Origin: an uncultured Gammaproteobacteria bacterium
GTDB lineage: Bacteria; Patescibacteriota; Patescibacteriia; Veblenbacterales; UBA10138
Length of the DNA stretch: 64,000 nucleotides
Assembly: GCA_964453605.1 (NCBI GenBank)
Contig: CAYVOI010000001.1
Coordinates: forward strand, 166,276-230,275
Reading direction: 5' to 3'
The translations under genes were made by a program, and so were the position numbers. The stretch's first letter is position 1. Each line of letters begins with the position of its first letter. Positions 56,654 through 64,000 of this stretch are shown piece after piece. The notes beneath the pieces were generated by a model, which was given only the letters and a program-made list of their open reading frames with translations, was not told the origin of the DNA and ran no database searches.

Positions 56654-56797
56654 AACCAGGGCTGCTCCTCAGGTGAGGGCAGGATTAGTCTTCCAGGTAG
56701 TGGACGGTAGGGCCTATTACGTCGCCGTCGTGTTTTGTTGAGTATAGGAATCTTTCGTGCGAAAGGTTCCATGGTGGTTCTGTAGAGCATTTGGTAT

Positions 56798-56827
56798 TTG
56801 ACAAAAGTCGTCGGGGGGGGGTAGAGT
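56798..56827 (+). promoter_or_regulatory. candidate promoter TTGACA-18-TAGAGT whose spacer contains a G9 homopolymer (56813..56821)
   Basis: tTTGACAaaagtcgtcGGGGGGGGGTAGAGTagg, 35 nt upstream of ATG 56862. Confidence 0.45.
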
Positions 56828-56861
56828 AGGACTGGTCATAATTATTAACTGATAACCATAT

Positions 56862-57569
56862 ATGGATAGGGGAGAACTTGATTTAAATCGAGAAGACGAA
56901 GCCTATAAAGAACTATTGAAAAAAGCCAGTCTACTAATAGATGGGCATTTTGACAACCCCACATTTTTTAGTTATGAGCAGAAAGTTACACAATGTGAAC
57001 CTATACCCAATCAACCCGATTACAATTTAATTACGGCCGTAATTAATGACCGGGGGACATCATCTGCCATTGAAGACATTGGTTTTTTTATTTTAGGTAA
57101 CGATGGCACTCTTTTAACGGAAACGCCAGACCTGATTAGTGCAAAAGAAAAAAGTCTAAATATAAAGCTTGATAAAAGTAAAGAGATGCTACCAGGACCA
57201 GTTGCTCGGGCGACGGTACACCGCAGCGTGGACTCAGGCTCATTTGGGTCCGTTGATTACAATAATAAGAGTTATAAAGTCAGTTATGCGTTTACCGATA
57301 GCGGCACTCTGCTTATAAGAAGTAAGTTGGCTAGAGAGGGACAGGAAACAATTATACCCGTTACCGATAGGGATGTAATGAATGTCGAGGATAGGTCTGA
57401 GCATGAGTACAGTGTCAGCGAGGATACCGAAGAGATTACTGAAGAGTTGAATTTTGATTTACAAAAGCTGTATCTACACCATAAGCGAACCATTAGACGT
57501 CCCGGTACAAAAGATGTAGTTCGAGATCTATCGGCCAGTCTAGTAGAGGTTAAAGAGTCGGGAAGTTAA
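56862..57569 (+). CDS. hypothetical protein (ORFan) in AT-rich islet
   Basis: 235 aa, acidic, no domain recognised; local AT-richness. Confidence 0.5.
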   Translation: MDRGELDLNREDEAYKELLKKASLLIDGHFDNPTFFSYEQKVTQCEPIPNQPDYNLITAVINDRGTSSAIEDIGFFILGNDGTLLTETPDLISAKEKSLNIKLDKSKEMLPGPVARATVHRSVDSGSFGSVDYNNKSYKVSYAFTDSGTLLIRSKLAREGQETIIPVTDRDVMNVEDRSEHEYSVSEDTEEITEELNFDLQKLYLHHKRTIRRPGTKDVVRDLSASLVEVKESGS

Positions 57570-57666
57570 GCCAAGCTCCGAAAAATTATCGCATGTGCAG
57601 GTTTTAGTCGAAAATATTGATTTTAGTCTACGTAGTGACACATAGGTGAGGAACACGCGAGCTGTT

Positions 57667-58728
57667 TTAGGTGCTGAATCTAAAGTGGCAAATGTCGCCG
57701 TCGTGCACCACGTAGTCTTTGCCTTCCAGCCGGAGCTTGCCAGCTTCCCGCGCGCCGCTTTCGCCACCGGCAGTTACAAAATCTGCGTAGGCTATTACCT
57801 CAGCACGAATAAAACCCTGTTCAAAGTCGGTGTGAATAACACCAGCGGCTTGGGGTGCTTTGGTGCCCGCTGTTATAGTCCAAGCGCGTGATTCCTCCGG
57901 CCCGGTGGTGAAGTACGTTATGAGGTTAAGCAGTTTGTAGCTGGCGTGGATAAGTTTGTCGAGCCCGCTCTCTTGAAGCCCAAGATCTTTGAGCATGTCG
58001 CGGGCCTCGTTAGGCGCAAGGTCAGCCAGTTCAGCCTCGAGCTTGGCGGAAATTTGAATGTTAGGGAGTAGGGAGTAGTCAGTAGCGAGTAGGTTTTCGT
58101 CAGAGTTTATAACGTAGAGTAACGGCTTGGCTGTTAGGAGTTGTAGCTCGCGCACGAGTTCTGCTTCTTCCTCGTTCAGTTCTAGGGTTCGTGCAGGCTT
58201 GCCCTGGTTCAGGTGTTGGGCCGTTCGTTCCAGCGCAGCTATTTGTTTGCCAACAGTTTTATCTTGTCCGGTTTTAAGCTTGGGCCGGAGGCTCTGGAGG
58301 CGTTTTTGCACGGTGCTTAAGTCCGCCATGGCGAGCTCCAGGTTTATAACTTCAGCGTCCCCCGTGGGGTCTACCTTGTTCGCCACATGGATAATGTTGG
58401 GGTCCTTAAAGGCTCGCACCACTTGGACAATAGCATCCACCTCGCGAATGTTGCTGAGGAATTGGTTCCCCAAACCTTCACCTTGGTGGGCATTTTTCAC
58501 TAAACCAGCAATGTCCACAAACTCTATGGTGGTGGGAATAGTTTTGGCTGATTTAGACAGCTCGGTGAGTTTAGCTAGCCGCTCGTCCGGCACCTCCACC
58601 ACCCCGACGTTAGGGTCTATGGTGGCAAAGGGGTAGTTCTCAATCACTACCTGTTTGCGGGTTAGAGCCTTGAACAGGGTCGACTTGCCAACGTTGGGCA
58701 GGCCCACAATACCAACTTGGAATGACAT
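57667..58728 (-). CDS. ychF: ribosome-binding ATPase YchF (Obg-family GTPase)
   Basis: Start at ATG 58728 (MSFQVGIVGLPNVGKSTLFKALT...); TGS domain at C-terminus. Confidence 0.9.
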   Translation of the reverse strand: MSFQVGIVGLPNVGKSTLFKALTRKQVVIENYPFATIDPNVGVVEVPDERLAKLTELSKSAKTIPTTIEFVDIAGLVKNAHQGEGLGNQFLSNIREVDAIVQVVRAFKDPNIIHVANKVDPTGDAEVINLELAMADLSTVQKRLQSLRPKLKTGQDKTVGKQIAALERTAQHLNQGKPARTLELNEEEAELVRELQLLTAKPLLYVINSDENLLATDYSLLPNIQISAKLEAELADLAPNEARDMLKDLGLQESGLDKLIHASYKLLNLITYFTTGPEESRAWTITAGTKAPQAAGVIHTDFEQGFIRAEVIAYADFVTAGGESGAREAGKLRLEGKDYVVHDGDICHFRFST

Positions 58729-58791
58729 AAGCCACTTCACTCTAGCGTACTTTTTGTCTTTAGCAAACCTTGCGGTATACTGAAGCCCGGT

Positions 58792-59247
58792 ATGACCCGC
58801 GTAGTATTAGATACCAACGTACTTATAAACGCTGACCGTGGCGAGTTTAGCTACGGTAAGCGTATTGTAGAGCTGGTGCAGCAGGGGAAGATAGCTGCCG
58901 TAACCTCTCACCCAGTGCGGCGCGAGAACGAACTCCTAGTCGACCGTTTAGTCACCGACCCTAAGCTTAAGCGTGAGCTGGTGGAGTTTTTAGGTTTGGC
59001 TCAGCCGGTTGTGGCAGCATCAGTTGCCGTTACGCTCGAGGACCAGGAGGACGTTAAGCTCCTGGCGGCGGCGGTAGGTGGTAAGGCAGAGTTTTTGATT
59101 ACCGATGACCGGCATTTGCTTGAGGTAGAGGAGTACGAGGGGGTGAGGGTTGTTACGCCAGCGCAGTTCTGGCAGTGGTGGCAGAAATATGAGGACGAGG
59201 TAGGGGAAACGTGGGGTGCGTGGACCAGGGGTATCTTAGGTCGGTAG
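58792..59247 (+). CDS. PIN-domain protein (VapC-like nuclease fold), no adjacent antitoxin
   Basis: MTRVVLDTNVLINA...ITDDRHLL acidic PIN residues. Confidence 0.65.
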   Translation: MTRVVLDTNVLINADRGEFSYGKRIVELVQQGKIAAVTSHPVRRENELLVDRLVTDPKLKRELVEFLGLAQPVVAASVAVTLEDQEDVKLLAAAVGGKAEFLITDDRHLLEVEEYEGVRVVTPAQFWQWWQKYEDEVGETWGAWTRGILGR

Positions 59248-59254
59248 ATAAGAA

Positions 59255-59290
59255 AACCGTTCAGAGAGCAATGCTCTTCTCTGAACGGTT
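59255..59290 (-). terminator. terminator hairpin between PIN gene and minus-strand 87-aa gene
   Basis: AACCGTTCAGAGA...TCTCTGAACGGTT; T-run on minus strand. Confidence 0.55.
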
Positions 59291-59307
59291 GACTACTGAG
59301 TAGGTCG

Positions 59308-59571
59308 CTAGACTGCTAGGGCCATTTCTGGTTGAATTCCCGGCTCCATGGTGGCTTTGATGCCATTGGTCTGCAGAATCTGCAGGTGTTCGTCGGTGCC
59401 CTCGCACACTAGCATGAAGGGTGGGGTGACCTGGAGCCCGGAAGCTTGTGGCTTGGCATTCAAGCCGGTGAGGGTGCGAATCTTCTTGACCATTTCTCTG
59501 TAGGGAGGAATCATGGGGTGAGTCGCGGCCGCCTCAACTGTTATTTTCTGCACGTGGCTTGCAGCTGTCAT
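59308..59571 (-). CDS. hypothetical small protein (87 aa)
   Basis: ORF with downstream terminator; no recognised domain. Confidence 0.4.
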   Translation of the reverse strand: MTAASHVQKITVEAAATHPMIPPYREMVKKIRTLTGLNAKPQASGLQVTPPFMLVCEGTDEHLQILQTNGIKATMEPGIQPEMALAV

Positions 59572-59670
59572 AGAAACCTCGTTGTTGTATGGTGATTTTG
59601 GTTTGTAAAAACTTCGTATCCTTTTTAGGCAAGGATACGTCGAGTTGCCCCTACTGTCAAACCCTGTGTG

Positions 59671-61503
59671 TTAGCTTCTAGCCAGTGCAGCTTGGCGTTT
59701 GGCTTCGTTTTCGTCCAGTATCAGTTTACGAATGCGAACATTTTTGGGTGTAACTTCAACCAGCTCGTCAGCTCCAATGTATTCTAGAGAGTCTTCCAGG
59801 TCCATGGTGTGGGGGGTGTTGAAGTGTTCGGCGGAACCATCACCCTTGGAGCGCATGTTAGAAAGCTGCTTGGCCTTACACACGTTCACGCGAATGTCCC
59901 CTGGGCGCGAGTTCTGCCCGACCACTTGGCCCTTGTACACCTCTACCCCTGACCCAATGAACATAACGCCGCGGTCTTGCACGTTGAGAAGGCCATAGAG
60001 GTTGCTGGTGCCGCTTTCGTGCGCCACCAAGCTGCCCTGTTCGCGTTCGTGCCAGCCCCCGGGATCGGCTTGGTACTCAAAGAACATGGTGTTCATAATC
60101 CCCAAGCCGCGGGTGTCGGTGAGGAACTCAGTACGGTAGCCAAACAAACCCTTGGTCGGCACCGCAAACTCGAGGAACGTAATGCCGTTCTCCACCCGCA
60201 TTTCTTTAAGTTCGCCGCGCCGAGCGCCCAGTTTTTGTATGACTACACCAGCGTGTGCCTCGGGCACTTCAATAAATACCAGTTCATACGGTGTCAGGGT
60301 AGCACCGCCTGCTTGTTTATTGATTACCTGGGGCTGGGCGACCTGGAACTCATACCCCTCACGCCGCAAACGCTCAATCAAAATAGCCAAGTGCAGCTCA
60401 CCCCGGCCTGACACCACCCATCCGCCAGGCGGCGGTCCACTAGCGTCGTCTTCTACCCGAAGGGCCATGTCAGTTTCGAGCTCTTTGTAGAGCCGGTCCC
60501 TGACCTGCCGCGAGGTTACAAACGTGCCCTCGCGTCCGGCGAACGGGGAGTTGTTAACACTGAATGTCATTTTTACCGTGGGCTCCTCAATCTTCAACAA
60601 GGGGAGTGCTACCGGGTTCACGGGGTCAGCTACGGTTTCACCAATCGTGACGTCGGAAATTCCAGCCAGCGCCACAATGTCCCCAACGCTGGCGGAGGTT
60701 ACCTCCACCCGCCCCAAACCCTCAAACGTCATCAGAGAAACTAGGCGACACTTTTCGCTCTGGCCTTGGCGGTTGATGTGTGCCACCTCTTGCCCAGCCT
60801 TAACTGTGCCGTTCATGACCTTGCCAGTGGCGATGCGGCCCTTGAACGTGTCACCGCTGATGGTAGTAACCAAAATTTGTAAAGGCTTGTCAACCTCGCC
60901 CTTGGGCGCTGGCACGTACTTGAGGATAGCCTCAAAAATGGGGTTGATGTCCGTCATCTTGTTTAAGTCCGGCTCAAAGCCAGCTTTGCCGTCGCGGGCT
61001 GAGGCGTACACAATGGGGAAGTCGGCGGCTTCGTCGCTCGCCCCCAGTTCCACAAACAGGTCAAACGTTAGTCCGTGTACGTGGTCTATGCGGGCGTCTG
61101 GTTTATCTATTTTGTTTATGACCACAATAACCTTAAGCCCCATCTTAAGTGCCTGCTTTAGCACGAACCTGGTTTGGGGCATGGGGCCTTCCTTAGCATC
61201 CACCAGCAGCAGACAGCCGTCGGCCATGGTGAGTACGCGCTCTACCTCGCCGCCAAAGTCGGCGTGGCCGGGGGTGTCGATGATATTGATCTTGGTCCCT
61301 TGCCAGTTTATGGAAGCGTTCTTAGAGAAAATGGTGATACCGCGCTCACGCTCCAGCTCATTTGAATCCATGATCAATTCCTTGCTCTCCATTTCCTTAC
61401 CGAGCTTGGTTTTAGATTGGCGCAGCAAAGCATCGACCAGGGTAGTTTTACCATGATCGACGTGTGCAATGATAGCTACGTTACGAATGGAATTAGAGGT
61501 CAT
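59671..61503 (-). CDS. typA: translational GTPase TypA/BipA
   Basis: Start at ATG 61503 (MTSNSIRNVAIIAHVDHGKTTLVDALL...); EF-G-like domain series. Confidence 0.93.
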   Translation of the reverse strand: MTSNSIRNVAIIAHVDHGKTTLVDALLRQSKTKLGKEMESKELIMDSNELERERGITIFSKNASINWQGTKINIIDTPGHADFGGEVERVLTMADGCLLLVDAKEGPMPQTRFVLKQALKMGLKVIVVINKIDKPDARIDHVHGLTFDLFVELGASDEAADFPIVYASARDGKAGFEPDLNKMTDINPIFEAILKYVPAPKGEVDKPLQILVTTISGDTFKGRIATGKVMNGTVKAGQEVAHINRQGQSEKCRLVSLMTFEGLGRVEVTSASVGDIVALAGISDVTIGETVADPVNPVALPLLKIEEPTVKMTFSVNNSPFAGREGTFVTSRQVRDRLYKELETDMALRVEDDASGPPPGGWVVSGRGELHLAILIERLRREGYEFQVAQPQVINKQAGGATLTPYELVFIEVPEAHAGVVIQKLGARRGELKEMRVENGITFLEFAVPTKGLFGYRTEFLTDTRGLGIMNTMFFEYQADPGGWHEREQGSLVAHESGTSNLYGLLNVQDRGVMFIGSGVEVYKGQVVGQNSRPGDIRVNVCKAKQLSNMRSKGDGSAEHFNTPHTMDLEDSLEYIGADELVEVTPKNVRIRKLILDENEAKRQAALARS

Positions 61504-61598
61504 ACTTGTTTTGCCGTGGCCTGCCCCGTAGTTCCGCCCCAAGCGGATACTGTGGGGTCGACGTGGGCGATGATAGCAACATTACGGATGTTCTGCAT
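61500..61598 (-). other. 32-codon leader ORF upstream of typA: MQNIRNVAIIAHVD + tail; residues 4-14 mimic TypA residues 6-16 with only synonymous differences; stop overlaps typA ATG (ATGA)
   Basis: Manual translation of minus strand: MQNIRNVAIIAHVDPTVSAWGGTTGQATAKQV*; a (D/G)HGKT-coding remnant follows in the typA frame after a 35-nt non-homologous segment. Confidence 0.5.
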
Positions 61599-61654
61599 GG
61601 TTGGAATAAAAATAGCTCGAGGAGCAAGTCGCTTACCTCAAGCAACCTTAGGCC

Positions 61655-61683
61655 ATGATAGGTGGAATTGCGCGCGCTGTCAA
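61655..61683 (-). promoter_or_regulatory. sigma70-like promoter TTGACA-17-TATCAT for typA (minus strand)
   Basis: minus read ggTTGACAgcgcgcgcaattccaccTATCATggc. Confidence 0.6.
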
Positions 61684-61712
61684 CCCTGGTTTGGGTAGCG
61701 TTAACTAGATAT

Positions 61713-61755
61713 AATTAAAAAAGAGCCTCCAGCAAAAAAATTTTGCTGAAGGCTC
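61713..61755 (-). terminator. rho-independent terminator downstream of minus-strand gene 61831..62697
   Basis: GAGCCTTCAGCAAAA-aattt-TTTGCTGGAGGCTC then TTTTTTAATT on minus strand. Confidence 0.7.
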
Positions 61756-61830
61756 AAGAGTATCCGCCTTCATCCCACTTAGCGGGACTACGGCGGACAG
61801 GCAAGAGGAACGAGTCCTCCCCGCGCTCCT

Positions 61831-62697
61831 CTACGCGGGGCGAGCAAGGTTCGAGATTGGTTTTGGATACTTCCGGGAGGCACCAGCGCCAAGGTGGCAG
61901 CCACGGACGTTATCCATGGAGTAGCTCATGCTGAACCCATCAGAACCGAGGTAGCCACCTTCGAAGCGGAAAACGTCCGAAGAAAGGTCCTTACACCGAG
62001 CATACCGATTGGGGTTGGCTCGTACTCCTGTTTTCTTGAAGTAGTGGAACGACTTCACGGTTTCCTCGATGGCGAGTGGAAGCTCGTAGTCAGCGCCCAC
62101 CATGACTTGCTGCTCCGGGGTGGTCTTGTTTTCTGACTTCGGCACAATCTCAATGTGCGTCAGGTACCACCGCAGCTCCATCGTTACCGTGGCAAGGTTC
62201 TGGTCACTGTACCCGGCGTTGTCGTAGGTGTAGAATTTGGGCTGTCCTGTGGATGGGTAGAACTCCCTGAACTTCACGATGGAGAGCTTCTCGCCCTTGA
62301 TTTCCTCAAGCCCGACGTGGGCAAAGTGGCAATCGCGCACGGTTTTGCCACACAGCGGGCAGGTGGACAGCAGCACCTCCTCGTTCCAGGGGAATAGCGC
62401 CAGCTCCTTGAGCTGCTTCTTGGTGTAGATGCCACCGTAGGTGGCAACCCAGTCTTCGGGGCCCCAGTAGTTTTTGCCCATGATGGCACGGGCAATACGC
62501 TGGTCGAGCGAGGGTTCGATGCCCCGACGGAGCATGAAGTTGGCGACCTTTTTGTTGAACGGGTCATTCTCATCATCAAGCTGAGTGATGATAGCAGCAC
62601 CTTGGCTACCGAGGTTATTGAACAGCTTGCTCAGGGCAGTGTTATGCTTTCCCACGGGAACTGTCCAAACAGTTCCTTCTTTTGGTGAGTTTGGCAT
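61831..62697 (-). CDS. hypothetical protein (288 aa) with CxxC...CxxxH putative metal site
   Basis: SD AAAGGAG 7 nt upstream; CPLCGKTVRDCHFAH motif; no family recognised. Confidence 0.55.
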   Translation of the reverse strand: MPNSPKEGTVWTVPVGKHNTALSKLFNNLGSQGAAIITQLDDENDPFNKKVANFMLRRGIEPSLDQRIARAIMGKNYWGPEDWVATYGGIYTKKQLKELALFPWNEEVLLSTCPLCGKTVRDCHFAHVGLEEIKGEKLSIVKFREFYPSTGQPKFYTYDNAGYSDQNLATVTMELRWYLTHIEIVPKSENKTTPEQQVMVGADYELPLAIEETVKSFHYFKKTGVRANPNRYARCKDLSSDVFRFEGGYLGSDGFSMSYSMDNVRGCHLGAGASRKYPKPISNLARPA

Positions 62698-62852
62698 TGT
62701 AAATCTCCTTTTTGCTTTGGCCTTTTGAGGCTTTAGCGGTTTGTATTTTCCTCTGTACCCGAGGCAGGGTGCCTTTCCTTGTATGTGTTGGTTACGGAAA
62801 GACAGGTCAACGTAACACGTTGGCCATGCTTATGTCAAGCAAGTAGATTGTT

Positions 62853-64000
62853 TTACTCAGTGCTGCTCTGCTCGCGCCACAGCGCGGCGTAGAGCCCAGG
62901 TTGGGCTACCAGTTCGGCGTGCTTACCCAGCTCAACCACCTGGCCCCGCTCTAGCACGTAGATGCGGTCCGCGTGCGCCACGGTCGAAAGCCGGTGGGCA
63001 ACCAGAACCGTCATGAGGTTCGGACGTGTGCTCGAAATGGCGCGGATGGTGGCGGTGATGGCGCGCTCGGTAATAGAGTCCAGGCTCGAGGTAGCCTCGT
63101 CAAAAATAATGAGGTCAGGGTTCCTCAAGAGTGCGCGCGCAATCGCCAGGCGCTGGCGTTCACCGCCCGAAAGCTTGATACCCGCCTCCCCAATGCGCGT
63201 GTCGAGCCCCTGTTTGCCGCGCTCCAGAATGCTCTGCGCCTGCGCTTGGTCCAGCGCCTTCAGGCAGTCACCGTCGGTAGCCTCTGGCCGCACGAACAGC
63301 AGGTTCTCGCGGATGGTGCCGGCGAAGAGCTGAGTTTCCTGGGATACGTAGCCAATGTGGCGCCTGAGCTCGTCTACGTCAATAGTGTTCGACGGTATGC
63401 CGTTCACGCTTACCTGTCCGCTGGTTGGTTGGTATAAGCTTACCAAGAGCTTCACCAGGGTCGTTTTGCCTGAGCCTGATGGGCCAACAAAAGCTACAGT
63501 CTCTCCGCGGTTTACTTCCAGGTTTACACCCTCGAGTGAGGTGTTGGCCGCACTGGCGTAGCTAAAGCTTACGTTGGTAAAACTCAAGTGGCTAATAGTC
63601 CCCGTTGGTTTAGGATTGGCTGGTTTAACCTCAGGTTTGAGCTGTAGAATTTCCTCCAGCTTGTCCAGGCTGGCCGAGGCTTCTTGGTAGTTGGCGGTCA
63701 CCGTGCCAAACTCACTGAGCGGCTGGAACAGGAAGAACGAGTAGAACAGCAGGCTAAAGAACTGCCCCAGGGAGATGCCACCCTGGAACACGTACCACAG
63801 CATGAGCAACATAATGCTAGAGCGGAGTGCGTTGATAACCGTGCCCTGCACAAAGCTCAATTTACGGATGAGCTTCACCTTCTTAAGTTCCAGCTCGAGG
63901 ATTTGCTCGTTCACGCGGTTGAGCCTCAAGGTTTCCTGTTCGTCGAGCCCCAGGCTCTTTACGAGCTCTACGTTGCGCAAGGTTTCGGTAGTGGAGCCAG
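62853..64000 (-). CDS. ABC transporter ATP-binding/permease (MsbA-like exporter), N-terminal part beyond window
   Basis: Walker A GPSGSGKTT, signature LSGGERQRLAIARAL, Walker B LIIFDEATSSLD; TM region at high-coordinate end. Confidence 0.85.
   Translation of the reverse strand, partial: GSTTETLRNVELVKSLGLDEQETLRLNRVNEQILELELKKVKLIRKLSFVQGTVINALRSSIMLLMLWYVFQGGISLGQFFSLLFYSFFLFQPLSEFGTVTANYQEASASLDKLEEILQLKPEVKPANPKPTGTISHLSFTNVSFSYASAANTSLEGVNLEVNRGETVAFVGPSGSGKTTLVKLLVSLYQPTSGQVSVNGIPSNTIDVDELRRHIGYVSQETQLFAGTIRENLLFVRPEATDGDCLKALDQAQAQSILERGKQGLDTRIGEAGIKLSGGERQRLAIARALLRNPDLIIFDEATSSLDSITERAITATIRAISSTRPNLMTVLVAHRLSTVAHADRIYVLERGQVVELGKHAELVAQPGLYAALWREQSSTE

Noticed and set aside
56590-56790. 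Minus-strand 66-aa ORF in AT-rich intergenic region
   Set aside because: Spans the 32-bp palindrome and G-tract promoter region; basic low-complexity translation; more likely non-coding regulatory DNA.
60524-61456. Plus-strand 310-aa ORF and neighbours (59977..60411, 60152..60490)
   Set aside because: Antisense to typA; Ser/Thr/Pro-rich mirror translation.

Overview
This 64 kb window appears to come from a small-genome bacterium with about 55-58% GC. It mixes core information-processing genes with cell-envelope genes and a few compositionally odd islets. I found no CRISPR array, integrase or transposase. Gene content and a recurring TGnTATACT extended -10 box placed 6-15 nt before many start codons suggest a Candidate Phyla Radiation (CPR) / Saccharibacteria-like organism; this is inference only. 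Positions derived by hand may be off by 1-2 nt.

Core genes:
- rpoB-rpoC (37.7-45.1 kb), polA-holA, uvrB, ruvA, ruvB, recA, ftsK-rodZ-like, typA/bipA, ychF, efp, rpsT.
- A classic rpsF-ssb-rpsR operon with a structured leader.
- Three tRNAs: tRNA-Glu(UUC), tRNA-Arg(CCG), and a tRNA-Cys(GCA) with an atypical T-loop.

Envelope genes:
- A roughly 1045 aa FN3-repeat surface protein with peptidoglycan-binding domains.
- M23 peptidase, VanW, 3D-domain protein, FemAB-family transferase, a Mur ligase, an O-antigen-ligase/TPR membrane protein, and a YdcF-like protein.

Accessory and unusual content:
- A stress-like cluster of two VOC/PhnB proteins, a MORN-repeat protein and three DUF1059 paralogs. One paralog is absent from the ORF track.
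- uvrB and typA each carry a 5' leader ORF whose first 11-14 codons copy the downstream gene's N-terminus with mostly synonymous differences.
- Two mosaic paralogs (24.2 kb and 46.0 kb) share a near-identical 3' module ending in an ssrA-like ...AVLAAA tail.
- A perfect 36-bp palindrome sits in-frame inside the Mur ligase gene.
- A G9 tract fills the spacer of a sigma70-like promoter in an AT-rich islet.
- Two AT-rich islets and one high-GC convergent locus encode ORFans.
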